The notes below the pieces were generated by a model. The model searched no databases, was not told the DNA's origin, and saw only the letters and a program-made list of their open reading frames with translations. Below are positions 1 through 12,397 of a stretch of DNA of 64,000 nucleotides, in pieces; the first letter of the stretch is position 1, and every line of letters starts with the position of its first letter. The translations under genes and the position numbers were made by a program. This DNA is from Eledone cirrhosa (taxonomy: Eukaryota): positions 225,370,001 through 225,434,000 of the forward strand of contig OZ024741.1 of assembly GCA_964016885.1 (NCBI GenBank), written 5' to 3'.

Positions 1-2137
1 TCAACCTTTCATATTCTTTCAATAAGGTGCCGACCACCTCGATTTCTGAGGTGTTCGACACCATCACGGTGATGTCGTCCGCATAAGCCGACACCGCCTT
101 TCCACGTCCCGGTTCGAGCGGGATGCCCTGCAACAGCTCCAGCTTCCGCAGTAAAGGCTCGAGAGTCAATACGTACAGAAGGGAAGAGAGAGGGCACCCT
201 TGACGGACCGATCGGGAGAGCCGAAATGGTTCCGAGAGGTGGCCATTAACTTTGACCACCGAGCGTGTGCCGCTCTGCATTGCAACGATCCAGCTTCTAA
301 AGACAGGGCCGAAGCCAGCTGCTTTGAGGACAAACTCCAGATACCGATGGTCGACCCTATCGAATGCTTTCGATTGATCTAAATTGATCAGTGCCCCACC
401 GAAGCAATGTTTACACTCTACCCTCTCTATGATGTATCGCATGAGGTGGAGATTGTCGTGTATGGACCTGGCTGGGATTGCGCAAGTTTGCGCCTCCCCA
501 ACCAAATCCTCGACGACAAGCGCCAATCTCTTTGCTAACACCTTGGCCAAAATCTTAAACTCTGTGTTGAGCAGAGTTATGGGCCTGAAGTTGTCTAATG
601 TATCCCTCTTGTTCTCGTCTTTCCTTATCAGCGTCACCACTCTCCTGCTCACAGAACTGGGAATACTCCCATTCTGCTGCCAGTTACAGTAGAGTGCTTC
701 AAGGAGTTCGGAGAACAAGTCTGGCATATTTACGTAAAGCTCGTAGGGCAGGCCATCCAAGCCTGGTGACTTGCGCCTCATGCAGCCGACAAGGGCGTCC
801 TGAATTTCGGCTGAAGTAATCGGCCTTTCGCAGCGCTCAGCGTCGACCGTCGAGATGCGCGGCAAGCCGTCAAGGTAGGGACTGAAATCGGCTACTCTCT
901 CTGACCCGCCACTCTCCCCGAACAACCGAGCAAAGTGCTGGCGAAAGGCCTCACACATCCGCTTGGAATCGCTTATCTCGTGTCCGTTTCGGTCCGCCAA
1001 AGACCGAATTGTGGTTTTATTACCACGCTGCGCCTCCGCCACGCGGGCCCTTCGAACAGCTTTAGTTCCCTCGTTTCTCAGCGCACGCGCCTTAGCTCTG
1101 ACAATGCAACCTTCGTGTTTGACATTGAAGAAATGGTCTAATGCCATTCTCGCCGCTAGCACGTCAGTTGCGATGCCACTACAAATAGCCTCGTCTAACT
1201 TATCTACCAGCTCCCCCTCCTTTCTATTTTTCTCTAACGCTAGTTCTTTGCTGAACTCTATCGAAGTTACTCTAATCTCTCTTTTGAGAGCCCCCCACCA
1301 TCTGTTGTTGATGATCCCCCCTGTCAACTTTTGCTTAACTAACTTATTGACTCGGTCCCTGTAAGCCTTACGTGCCGGAAATGACATGTTCAGCTTCCAG
1401 TAACCCGGTCCTAACCTACGCGTTTTATTTAGGTCGACCGTACAGATCACAAATTTGTAATCTGAATAGGCGACCGTTTTAAAAAGTGGACAGCCGACAC
1501 TATTTCTATCTATTTTCCTAATGAAGATTCTGTCTATATACGATCTAGATGACCCCATTCGGTTGGTCCATGTCCATACTGGCACATTGGGGAAATCTAG
1601 TCGATACCTGTCAGACAGTTGGAACTGGCTGAGTAGGTGCTTGAGGCTTTTGCACCCCCCGCTCCTATCGGCTACTCCCACACAATCCGAGCGTGCGTCT
1701 AAGATGCCATTCCAGTCCCCCGCTAACAGTAAAGGGCGAGACGTACCCAGAAAGGTCTCCAGGCGCCTAAAGAAATCAGGTCGTCCGGCCCCTGTATGGG
1801 CGTAGGCGGCCAGCAGTCTAAAGGCACCACCTTCGCTACTGCTCACATCCAAGACCACCAACTTACCGTCCGGGTCCCGGAAGATCGACCTTACCTCGAG
1901 ATCCAGTCCTTTCCTAAACATCACTGCCACCCCACCCCCCATTCCCGGCCTGCTAACAGATGCGAAGATCTGATAGTCGTCGAAAATGGGGGCTAGTGCA
2001 CGCGTGTCGGAAATTCTGGTCTCGCTTACGGCAATCACATCGATTTCCAGCGACCGGAGGTCGTTGAGCAGGCGACCCTGCTTCCAGGGTGACCCAAGGC
2101 CGCGAACATTTAAACTTCCTACTCTTAATATGGCCAT
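1..2137 (-). CDS. Tx1/L1-clade LINE ORF2 (APE endonuclease + reverse transcriptase), running off the window start
   Basis: The minus-strand ATG at 2137 reads MAILRVGSLNVRGLG, then LLAGDWNGILD (APE). The RT motif AYADD near position 85 is in the same frame (684 codons downstream). It is absent from the ORF track, consistent with no stop before the edge. Homologous to ORF2 at 21191-24797. Confidence 0.9.
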   Translation of the reverse strand, partial: MAILRVGSLNVRGLGSPWKQGRLLNDLRSLEIDVIAVSETRISDTRALAPIFDDYQIFASVSRPGMGGGVAVMFRKGLDLEVRSIFRDPDGKLVVLDVSSSEGGAFRLLAAYAHTGAGRPDFFRRLETFLGTSRPLLLAGDWNGILDARSDCVGVADRSGGCKSLKHLLSQFQLSDRYRLDFPNVPVWTWTNRMGSSRSYIDRIFIRKIDRNSVGCPLFKTVAYSDYKFVICTVDLNKTRRLGPGYWKLNMSFPARKAYRDRVNKLVKQKLTGGIINNRWWGALKREIRVTSIEFSKELALEKNRKEGELVDKLDEAICSGIATDVLAARMALDHFFNVKHEGCIVRAKARALRNEGTKAVRRARVAEAQRGNKTTIRSLADRNGHEISDSKRMCEAFRQHFARLFGESGGSERVADFSPYLDGLPRISTVDAERCERPITSAEIQDALVGCMRRKSPGLDGLPYELYVNMPDLFSELLEALYCNWQQNGSIPSSVSRRVVTLIRKDENKRDTLDNFRPITLLNTEFKILAKVLAKRLALVVEDLVGEAQTCAIPARSIHDNLHLMRYIIERVECKHCFGGALINLDQSKAFDRVDHRYLEFVLKAAGFGPVFRSWIVAMQSGTRSVVKVNGHLSEPFRLSRSVRQGCPLSSLLYVLTLEPLLRKLELLQGIPLEPGRGKAVSAYADDITVMVSNTSEIEVVGTLLKEYERL

Positions 2138-2146
2138 ATTGGTAAG

Positions 2147-2550
2147 CTAAGAGAGAGAGAGGGAAGGTTTACTTACCTCCCGGGTCTTGTGAAGGTCGGG
2201 TGGTTCGACCTCCATGGTTGGTGGGGTTTCTTTTGGGAACCCCTTTAAAAGTCTTGATGTGGGTTTTACATTCGGGTTTCCCACGTCTTGAGGAAAGCTC
2301 TCTCGAATTTCTTCGAAAGAATTGAGTGACATTCGGACCAGAAGCAAATCTTCTGGCACGCAAAATGTGCTCATTTCAAAAATCTCCCCCTCTGTTTGAA
2401 TGTCCTCGCTTCGCGCTAAGAGGGCCATCAGTTTATCGTTGGCCCTTCTGACAAGCACGAAGTTTTTAACATTTTGTTGGTGTGGTTTTATTTGTTTTCG
2501 TTTTGGTGAAGGTGGTGGCGATGGTTTTGGTGGTGTTGTTTCGGGTATGT
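2147..2550 (-). mobile_element. C-terminal part of the Tx1-like ORF1, truncated at a (TAA)n/Dong junction
   Basis: Pro/Thr/Lys-rich frame ending DVGNPNVKPTSRLLKGFP..TMEV, similar to the ORF1 ends at 20831-21166 and 27014-27214. It stops about 10 nt before the ORF2 ATG. Confidence 0.75.
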
Positions 2551-2568
2551 CTATAATAATAATAATAA

Positions 2569-4594
2569 GTGGAAACACTTGACAAGCATTATGTCTGAGG
2601 AAATCTACCATCACCTCCACACAAACAACTTGTTACCGGACGAACAGAAAGGATGCCGAAAGAAGTCACGTGGTACAAAGGACCAGTTACTTATTGATAA
2701 GATGGTAATGAGGAATTGCAACAGGAGACACACTGGTCTTGCCATGGGATGGATAGACTACAAAAAGGCATTTGACATGGTGCCTCATTCTTGGATCACC
2801 AAAAGCCTGGAGATCTTCAAGATGGCAGATAACATCAGACAGTTGTTGGGCAAAAGTATGTAGTCCTGGGAAACAGAGTTAACATCAACTGGAGAATCCT
2901 TGGGAAGCGTGAAGATCAAGAGAGGTATCTTCCAGGGAGATAGTCTGTCCCCTCTGTTGTTTGTCCTTGCCCTGATGCTCCTGACCAGTGTACTGCGAAA
3001 AGTGAGAGCAGGATACAGGTTGGGAAAGGGAGAGCTTACCATCAATCACCTCCCCTTCATGGACGATCTTAAGCTCTTCGGGAAGAGTGAGAAGGAGTTG
3101 GATGTGCTTGTTGACACTGTCCGTATTTTCAGCAGTGATATATGTATGCAATTTGGTATTAGTAAGTGTGGAGTCATTGTGATGAAGAGGGGTAAGTTGA
3201 GCAGAAGTAACGGAATCCAGGTACCAACAGGTGAGATGATAAAGGAAATTGACACTGAAGAAGGATACAAGTATTTGGGTGTTCTGGAGGCTTAAGACAT
3301 CAAGAACAAAAAAAATGAAGGAATTGATAAGAACTGAATACATTCGGAGAGTAAGGAGCATATTAAAGTCACATCTGAACAGTAGGAATGCCATAAGTGC
3401 AGTAAATTCCCGAGCTGTGTCTATTATTAGGTACAGTGCGGGAATTCTGAGATGGAATGTTGCTGAACAAAAAGAAATGGATAGGAAGACTAGGAAGCTA
3501 TTGACTATCTACAACATGTTCCACAAGAGGAGTGATGTCGATAGACTCTACTTAAGGAGATCTGAAGGTGGGAGAGGTCTTATCAGCATAGAGGACTGTG
3601 TTCAGATGGAGAAAAACAACCTACACAAATACGTGACTGATAGTAAGGAGCCAATGCTCAGAACTGTACTGAAGGAGGGGACAATAGGCCAGGGGATGTC
3701 CAAGGAGGAAATAACATCAAGGAGAAAGAGCAGCCTTCAGGAAAAATCACTTCATAGTACCTTCTTTGAGAAAACTGAATTTAGAGATCCACAGACATGG
3801 AACTGGTTGAAAAGAGGAGACCTTAAAAAGGCTACAGAAGGAATGTTAATTGCTGCGCAGGAGCAAGCCCTCAAAACGAAGTGGTTGAAACACCATATTT
3901 ACAAGGGGGAGGCTATCCCACTGTGCAGGATCTGTGGAGAGAGAGAGAGAGCAGACTGTGGCTCACATTGTATCCGAGTGTAAACACCTAGCACAGACTC
4001 ACTATAAGTGCTGGAGACATGATGTGATGGGCAGGGTGATCCACTGGCACCTATGCAAAGTAAACAATTTACCACATTCTGAGAAGTGGTATGAGCATAA
4101 GCCAGAGGCGGTGATAGAAAACGATCAGGTGAAGGTGCTGTGGGGGTGAAGGTGCGGTGGGATTTTAGGATACAGACGGACAAGAAACTGGAACACAATA
4201 GACCTGACCTGGTGGTTGTGCACAAAGAAAAAAGATCGTGCCTGATTGTGGATGTGGCCTGCCCATTCGACACGAGAGTGCAAGAGAAGGAGAGGGAGAT
4301 AATTAACCGATACCAGGACTTAAAGTGGGAGGTAAAAAGGATTTGGAACTGCTATGAAGTCAAAGTGATCCCGATGGTCATTGGCGCACTAGGGACTATC
4401 TCAAAAAGTTTCAAGGGATGGTTAAAGAAAATTGGCCCCGCCTCGCTTTTTGGAACACTTCAAAAGGCATGCTTGCTGGGAACAGCAAGAACTCTCCGAT
4501 ACGTCCCGAATATCTGAAGCCGCAGGTAATGGCTTGATATTCATTTCAACAAACTTTCCAGTTAACTAACATCAATGACTGAGACTCAAAGAAC
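2569..4594 (+). mobile_element. 5'-truncated, defective R4/Dong-clade LINE (RT + restriction-like endonuclease)
   Basis: Motifs [36 protein letters not shown] and RPDLV..DVACP. Stops at 2861 and 3293, a (GA)n slip near 3940 and a small duplication near 4130-4160. Flanked by (TAA)5 at 2554-2568 and (AAT)n at 4595-4653. Confidence 0.93.
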
Positions 4595-4653
<59 letters not shown>

Positions 4654-4818
4654 GGGAAGAAGACGCACGAGGTGACGGAGGTCATGAAATCGCTCCCGTA
4701 AGTTTTGAATTTTTAACATATTTAAATCATTTGTGAAATAACAACTCTTAGTACAAATGCTACGTAAAGCACCCGGCTTGAGCCCCAAAAAATTCGGACC
4801 CAAAATATATTGTTATAA

Positions 4819-5461
4819 GGCTCAAATATTCAAATATTCAACTTTGTATTGTACACTGTATATCCAAAAAAAAATGGCTATAAATGGAAGAAGAAGAACC
4901 CCCCCCCTCCTCTCCTCTGGCTACACTATATAGGACAGCTAAACTCACCAACACCAGAAACTAGATACACCACCCACCCCATCATCTGTGTACACTAAAC
5001 ACAACAGCATTTTCACCTTCACCGCCACCGCTCACTACGGCCATCATTACCACCACTATCCCATCACCGCCGCCACCACCCCTTGACTCCTTCACTGCTG
5101 CTGCCACCGCTACAGCACCACCACTACAGTAATACGGCTCAAATATTCAAATATTCAACTTTGTATTGTACACTGTATATCCAAAAAAAAATAAAATGGC
5201 TATAAATGGAAGAAGAAGAACCCCCCCCCCCTCCTCTCCTCTGGCTACACTATATAGGACAGCGAAACTCACCAACACCAGAAACTAGATACACCACCCA
5301 CCCCATCATCTGTGTACACTAAACACAACAGCATTTTCACCTTCACCGCCACCGCTCACTACGGCCATCATTACCACCACTATCCCATCACCGCCGCCAC
5401 CACCCCCTGACTCCTTCACTGCTGCTGCCACCGCTACAGCACCATCACTACAGTAATACGG
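4819..5461. repeat. Tandem duplication, two units of about 317-325 bp
   Basis: GGCTCAAATATTCAAATATTCAACTTTG begins at both 4819 and 5136. The units are nearly identical apart from homopolymer lengths. Confidence 0.9.
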
Positions 5462-5849
5462 TCGCATCACCGCCACCACTGCCTCGGTATCGACATCACC
5501 ACCACCACTGTCTCAGTATCGCCAACGCCGCCAGTCTCTGCTGGCTACCACTTCCACATTATAGAATTCCTACTACTAACAAAGAGGAAGGCATCAAAAT
5601 ATATAGATAGACTCAAAAGAAAAAAGAAAAAACAAACAACAAAAGCAGCACAGCAACAACAGTAAAAAACGAGAAAAACAGAGAAAAACAAAAACAAAAA
5701 AAGAAACCCCAAAAACGTAAAGAAAATAAGAATGAAGAGAGAAGCAGGCGGACGGACAGAGAAGAGGGGGGAAAAAGTAAAACTTAAAAAACAAAAACTA
5801 AGTCAGACATTCGAATACTACATTACAATGAAACTTATGCTTATTCATT

Positions 5850-8800
5850 TTTGGGGCCCTTTCTGCCCGTGTGTTTGTTTGTTTATGTGTGTCCGTATAC
5901 AGCGTGGTGATAATGCCACACAAGGGCCAAGTGGGATGGCGGATCCACAGATGGCTATGTAAACATACATTCGCCAATCCTCGATAAGAGTGTTTAAATA
6001 TCGAACATAAACAGTTCGAATAACGGTGAAATGGAGACTAGAACGTCATGTGACAGACTCTCACCCAACAGGTGCCCCCTGGCTCAGCAGCAGGAACCTG
6101 ACTGTCAACGAAATACTGCTGATGTTGGAGGAAGAAGAAGAAGGAAAGGGGCCAGAACCAACTGGACGAAAGAATTGAATAGAACTGTTATGCAATGCTA
6201 CCTGAAAAGTAACCCCAAGGAGAGGGGCTACAGGAGACGGATGCATAACATCTGGAACGAGATTGGTTTATTTAAATTAGATGAACAAAAATTGGCCGGG
6301 CAGGCTCGGGTAATAAGAACTAATGGGTGGATAAGCAAGCTGGAACTGGAGGAACTGAGCAGAGAGAATGGCTTGGAGATGGCGGGTGTAGTATGCCAGA
6401 CAAGCGAGCCGGCGGGAAATGAAGGTGAGGAGGTCCTGAGAGCGGAGGAACCACCCGAAGCAGACAATGATCTGAATACTGAGATAAATAATACCTGGAA
6501 CAGAGATACGGCCACTGAGGAGATGAATGCTGACGGGCTAGGACAAGATTCGGTTGACATCCTAAATTTAGTGGTAGATGAGTTGAACAATGATAGTGGG
6601 AGACCTATGAACCTAAGATTTGTAGACAGGAAAAAGTTAAAAGAAACAACAGCTAAGGTAAACAAAGTCATCCCATACCTTGAGGCGAGGAGTCTTCACC
6701 AGTGCAACAATATCCTCAAAGCAACAGCAAATACGGTGAGGAAACTACTTGGTATAAAAGCGAGAGGAAACAACAGACAAGAAAGAGCAGAGCCGTGGTG
6801 GAAGAAGCGACTGAGTGGGCAAATCGGGGAAATGAGAAATGACATAGGAAAGCTTGAGTCACTACTGAATGGGACACTAAAAAACATAGGCACTAAAAAT
6901 AGACTGGAAATAAAATACAAAACTAGGAGTAAAAAGCTAAATATTATCATAGAGGAATTGAAGCAACGCATTGTAGCAAAGAGTGCCAAAATCAGGCGAT
7001 ACGAGAACAGAGTCAGTCAGTATAAACAGAACCGCATGTTCGACAACAACCAGAAGATGCTGTTTGGACAGCTTGAGGGGAAAGAAAGAGGCACCGACTT
7101 GATCCCTGGGGCGGAACAAGCTAAAACATTCTGGAGAGGAATATGGGAGCAGGATGTTAGACACAATGCCCAGGCAGGGTGGATTGAGACAGTACAGAGG
7201 GAGATCGGTGAGCAGGCACAGCAACAGACTGATTTGAGTATCACAGTTGAAACTCTTAAGGGGCAAGCCAAAAAACTAACCAACTGGAAATCACCAGGCC
7301 CAGATGGTGTGCAGGGGTATTGGATTAAACATTTAACATCCCTCCACCCGAAGCTGACGGCCATGTTCAATGACTGCTTGGTGTCGGGTGAGGTGCCAGA
7401 GTGGTTGACAAAAGGTACCACAGTTCTGATAATGAAAGACCGAATCAAGGGTAATGATGTTACCAACTATAGACCTATCACATGTCTGCCCGTAATGTGG
7501 AGACTGTTGACGAGCATTGTGTCTGAGGAAATCTACCATCACCTCCACACAAACAACTTGTTGCCGGACGAACAGAAAGGATGCCGAAAGAAGTCACGTG
7601 GTACAAAGGACCAGTTGCTTATTGATAAGATGGTAATGGGGAATTGCAGGAGGAGACACACTGATCTTGCCATGGGATGGATAGACTACAGAAAGGCATT
7701 TGACATGGTGCCTCATTCCTGGATCACCAAAAGCCTGGAGATCTTCAAGATGGCAGATAACATCAGACAGTTGTTGGGCAAAAGTATGTAGTCCTGGGAA
7801 ACAGAGTTAACATCAACTGGAGAATCCTTGGGAAGCGTGAAGATCAAGAGAGGTATCTTCCAGGGAGATAGTCTGTCCCCTCTGTTGTTTGTCCTTGCCC
7901 TGATGCTCCTGACCAGTGTACTGCGAAAAGTGAGAGCAGGATACAGGTTGGGAAAGGGAGAGCTTACCATCAATCACCTCCCCTTCATGGACGATCTTAA
8001 GCTCTTCGGGAAGAGTGAGAAGGAGTTGGATGTGCTTGTTGACACTGTCCGTATTTTCAGCAGTGATATATGTATGCAGTTTGGTATTGGTAAATGTGGA
8101 GTCATTGTGATGAGGAGGGGTAGGTTGAGCAGAAGTAACGGGATCCAGATACCAACAGGTGAGATGATAGAGGAAATTGACTCTGAGGAAGGATACAAAT
8201 ATTTGGGCGTTCTGGAGGCTGATGGCATAAAGAACAAAAAAATGAAGGAATTGTTAAGAACTGAATACATTCGGAGAGTAAGGAGCGTATTGAAGTCACA
8301 TCTGAACAGCAGAAATGCCATAAGCGCAGTAAATTCCCGAGCTGTGTCTATTATTAGGTACAGTGCGGGAATTCTGAGATGGAATGTTGCTGAACAAAAA
8401 GAAATGGATAGGAAGACTAGGAAGCTATTGACTATCTACAACATGTTCCACAAGAGGAGTGATGTCGATAGACTCTACCTAAGGAGATCTGAGGGTGGAA
8501 GAGGTCTTATCAGCATAGAGGACTGTGTTCAGATGGAGAAAAACAACCTATACAAATACGTGACCTATAGTAAGGAGCCAATGCTCAGAGCTGTACTGAA
8601 GGAGGGGACAGTAGGCCAGGGGATACCCAAGGAGGAAATAACATCAAGGAGGAAGAGCAGCCTTAAGGGAAAATCCCTTCATAGTACCTTCTTTGAGAAA
8701 ACTGAATTTAGAGATCCACAGACATGGAACTGGTTGAGAAGAGGAGACCTCAAAAAGGCTACAGAAGGAATGCTAATGGCTGCGCAGGAGCAGGCCCTCA

Positions 8801-9497
8801 AAACGAAGTGGTTGAAGCACCATATCTACAAGGAGGAGGCTAGCCCACTGTGCAGGATCTGTGGAGAGAGAGAGGAGACTGTGGCTCACATTGTGTCCGA
8901 GTGTAAACACCTAGCCCAGACCCACTATAAGGGCTGGAGACACGATGTGATGGGCAGGGTGATCCACTGGCACCTGTGCAAAGTAAACAATCTACCACAT
9001 TCTGAGAAATGGTATGAGCATAGGCCAGAGGCGGTGATGGAGAACAGTCAGGTGAAGGTGCTGTGGGATTTTAGGATACAGACGGACAAAAAACTGGAAC
9101 ACAATAGACCTGACCTGGTGGTTGTGGACAAAGAAAAAAGATCGTGCCTGATTGTGGATGTGGCCTGCCCGTTCGACACGAGAGTGCAAGAGAAGGAGAG
9201 GGAGAAAATTAACCGATACCAGGACCTAAAGTGGGAGGTGAAAAGGATTTGGAACTGCCATGAAGTCAAAGTGTTCCCGATTGTCATAGGCGCACTGGGG
9301 ACTATCTCCAAAGGTTTCCAGGGATGGTTAAAGAAAATCGGCCCCTTCACGCTTTTTGGAACGCTTCAAAAGGCATGCTTGCTTGGAACGGCAAGAACCC
9401 TCCGATACGTCCTGAATATCTGAGGCTGCAGGTAGTGGCTTGATATTCAATCCAACGGACTTTCCAGTTAACCAACATCAATGACTGAGATTCAAGG
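5850..9497 (+). mobile_element. Near full-length R4/Dong-clade LINE; single ORF 6031-9423 with one in-frame TAG at 7789-7791
   Basis: ORFs 6031-7791 and 7828-9423 are in the same frame. RT motifs KSPGPDG, NYRPITCL, QGDSLSP and FMDD are followed by CCHC, RHD and PD..D RLE motifs. A short 3' UTR is followed by (AAT)7 at 9498-9518. The 5' boundary is approximate. Confidence 0.93.
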
Positions 9498-10043
9498 AAT
9501 AATAATAATAATAATAATACATGGACGATTTATTAAGCCTACATGGACATGTATATATATGTTTGTGCATATATATATTTCTTAAAATAACAGATTAAAG
9601 TTTAAGCAAAGAATCGCTGCTTTCACCCTTATATTTATTATATATATATATATTGGGTACAAATCGAAGTTTTAGCTGTCATATAGCAGATACCGTTCGA
9701 GTTATTTGAAGTAATCAAAAAGCACTCAATGGAGCGAGAAGTTATTATATTATCGTCCAGAGTAAACATATAAGTTAATAAGTGTGACACAAAAAAAAAA
9801 AAAACGATCGAACGCAGTCGCCATATACAACAACGATAAATACAGAAAGGTTGAAAACTAACCTGCACTGTCTGGTGGTGACTAGAATCGATATAATCGA
9901 TAAAAGTCGAACTGGTTTTGTTGTTTCTCATCCAAAATTCGGTCTGTTGACGGAGGCATTTTACACAGTTATTTTGAGGGTGTGGGAACAAAGGTATATA
10001 TATATATATATATATAATTTTCGGCAGAGGTGATGAGTACGTT

Positions 10044-10084
10044 GCTCTGAGGAACACCAACAGTGTGAAACAGAATCTGTCAGC
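10044..10084 (+). ncRNA. Type I hammerhead ribozyme motif
   Basis: GCT-CTGAGGA-ACAC(caaca)GTGT-GAAA-CAG(aat)CTG-TC|AGC. The core is intact with a GUC triplet; stem I is only 3 bp. Confidence 0.7.
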
Positions 10085-10216
10085 TTCTCTCCCTTCCTTT
10101 GCTGAAAAAAGAACTAAGAGACATAGTCACTACTTTAAAAATAATAGCGCAAGGTCTTCAAAATGTTTTTAATTAAACATACGGGATATTGCCAAATATA
10201 ATATACTATACATACA

Positions 10217-10330
<114 letters not shown>

Positions 10331-10346
10331 TGTATATATATATATT

Positions 10347-10380
<34 letters not shown>

Positions 10381-10382
<2 letters not shown>

Positions 10383-11400
10383 TTTCTACCAGCCGAAATA
10401 CGATTCTCGCTGAATTTATATTTGTATTAATCTCCCGAGTCTTACAATTAACCTGTTAATAATTCTATTGACAGATTAATTGCATAAGTTTATTTTAAAA
10501 ACTACCTGGTTGAGTGCTTATTCGATTTGTGCTATTTATGCAATTTTTTGTATGATATACACATACTGAATTCATTTGCCAAAATCTGGGGAATTTTCCC
10601 TTTTGAGTTACACATGTGCCTTTACAAAGCTCTGCGTCACTCACAAAGTTAGTTACAGAGCAAAATACCTGTTGATAACGTGATATTCCTTGTTCGATCT
10701 TTATGCTGAAAGCTTATAGTTTTTAGCAGACAGTATTATTGATTTAGGTGTCATAGAAACCCTGCATTTGGAATTTACCATCAATTTCACTTGGGTCCAG
10801 GTCTGTCTTTATCATTTATGTTGTTTGACCTGTTTAGCTTGATTTGTTTTTTGGCTTAGGTGGTTAATGCCTTCTTGACCACTTTTCAGTTTGTATGGCG
10901 TTTTAACATATTGTTTAGCTCTGGTTTTCTTAACTATTGGAGCGCTTGCCAGCATTTCTACGATTTTGCGTTTCGTTTCGCTTTTTCTACCAGCCGAAAT
11001 ACGATTCTCGCTGAATTTATATTTGTATTAATCTCCCGAGTCTTACAATTAACCTGTTAATAATTCTATTCACAGATTAATTGCATAAGTTTATTTTTAA
11101 AACTACACGACTGAGAGCTTATTCGATTTGTGCTATCTATGCAATTTTTTGTATGATATACACATACTGAATTCCTTTGCCAAAATCAGGGGAATTTCCC
11201 TTTGTGAGTTACACATGTGTTTTTACAAAGTTCTGCGTCACTCGTAAAGTTGGTTACAGAGCAAAATATCCGTTGATAACGTGATATTCCTTGTTCGATC
11301 TTTATGCTAGTTTTCTTAACTATTGGAGCGCTTGCCAGCATTTCTACGATTTTGCGTTTCGTTTCGCTTTTTCTACCACCCAAAATACGATTCTCGCTGA

Positions 11401-11406
<6 letters not shown>
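10381..11406. repeat. Direct-repeat element between (TA)n arrays, unclassified
   Basis: 10381-10707 matches 10983-11307, and 10925-11021 matches 11310-11406. A diverged inverted copy lies near 17157-17260. Confidence 0.8.
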
Positions 11407-11497
<91 letters not shown>

Positions 11498-12303
11498 GGT
11501 ATATATATATATTTGTATCTAAATCTCTCATAATTTCACTTACAGTAGAGATCCTAAAATCTGACTCTAAGTACATTTTATTATTTTATTCCTTTATCTA
11601 CTTTTAATGTACCCTATCTTAGATTTCGCATGTCACTTCATACATCTGTATCATCTCTGTTTATTTACCATGCGTGTTTTATTATTAATGTTATTTTTTA
11701 ATTATTCGCTATATAGCTATTTTGTTACTGATGTTATTGTTTTGGTTTAACACAACTCTTCTATAAAAGCCATGCCTTGCGTATTATTTTCATATCTACT
11801 TGCTCTAATGTGTTGACTGGCTGTAAACAACGTATTGGAGATCGATTGACGCAGCATCAAGCGATTAGCGAACTCTAGACGCAACAGATCAACGAAACAA
11901 TTGTCAGTACTTTGAATAAAGCCCTTATTGTACAGCCAACCATGTTACTCTTCTTTCTTTAACTATTATTACTCCAAGTATAACCCTCATAGAAATTACC
12001 GCGAACTCGCTGCATGACTATGGAAGCGTCTTGTTGAGTCAAACTAAGCCACACGTTTAAACCATCCACAACACGGAGTACTCTAACTGGACTACCTCTA
12101 AGTGGATCACCTATAACGATAAATTGTTATCCCATATATATATATTTTTTTCTTTTTTTTTTCTTTAGGTTTGTTGGTTCACCACTGGATAGAATTGGTC
12201 ATTTCGTATGGTCAATCTTGGTGTAATATTGTGGAGAGTACTCAACGTAGTGCAGTTCACCCGTCTTCGTTTGTGTAGTTGGTGTTGCGAATACGGAGTT
12301 AAT

Positions 12304-12385
12304 TATAAATAAAATAACAGGAGGCTGGACTGGTGTAAATCCTTAAGGATTTACACCAGTCCAGCCTCCTGTTATTTTATTTATA
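12304..12385. repeat. Perfect palindrome of about 82 bp
   Basis: TATAAATAAAATAACAGGAGGCTGGACTGGTGTAAATCCTT|AAGGATTTACACCAGTCCAGCCTCCTGTTATTTTATTTATA, with no spacer, abutting (TA)n. Confidence 0.9.
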
Positions 12386-12397
12386 TATATATATATA

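Noticed and set aside
384-1996. Plus-strand ORFs repeated almost verbatim as minus-strand ORFs at 22805, 28685 and 33665
   Set aside because: They are antisense shadows of conserved Tx1 ORF2 sequence.
11291-11533. ORFs with YIYI/CVCV runs (also near 18954, 43614, 49636, 53473, 54781, 59086-60067, 60540 and 62295)
   Set aside because: These are translations of TA, CA, GA, TCTA, TTC and GAAA microsatellites, not genes.
11832-11910. GAAAC(AATT)GTC with a pairable stem I; a similar half-motif lies on the minus strand near 43495-43511
   Set aside because: The CUGANGA box is missing, so it was not called as a ribozyme.
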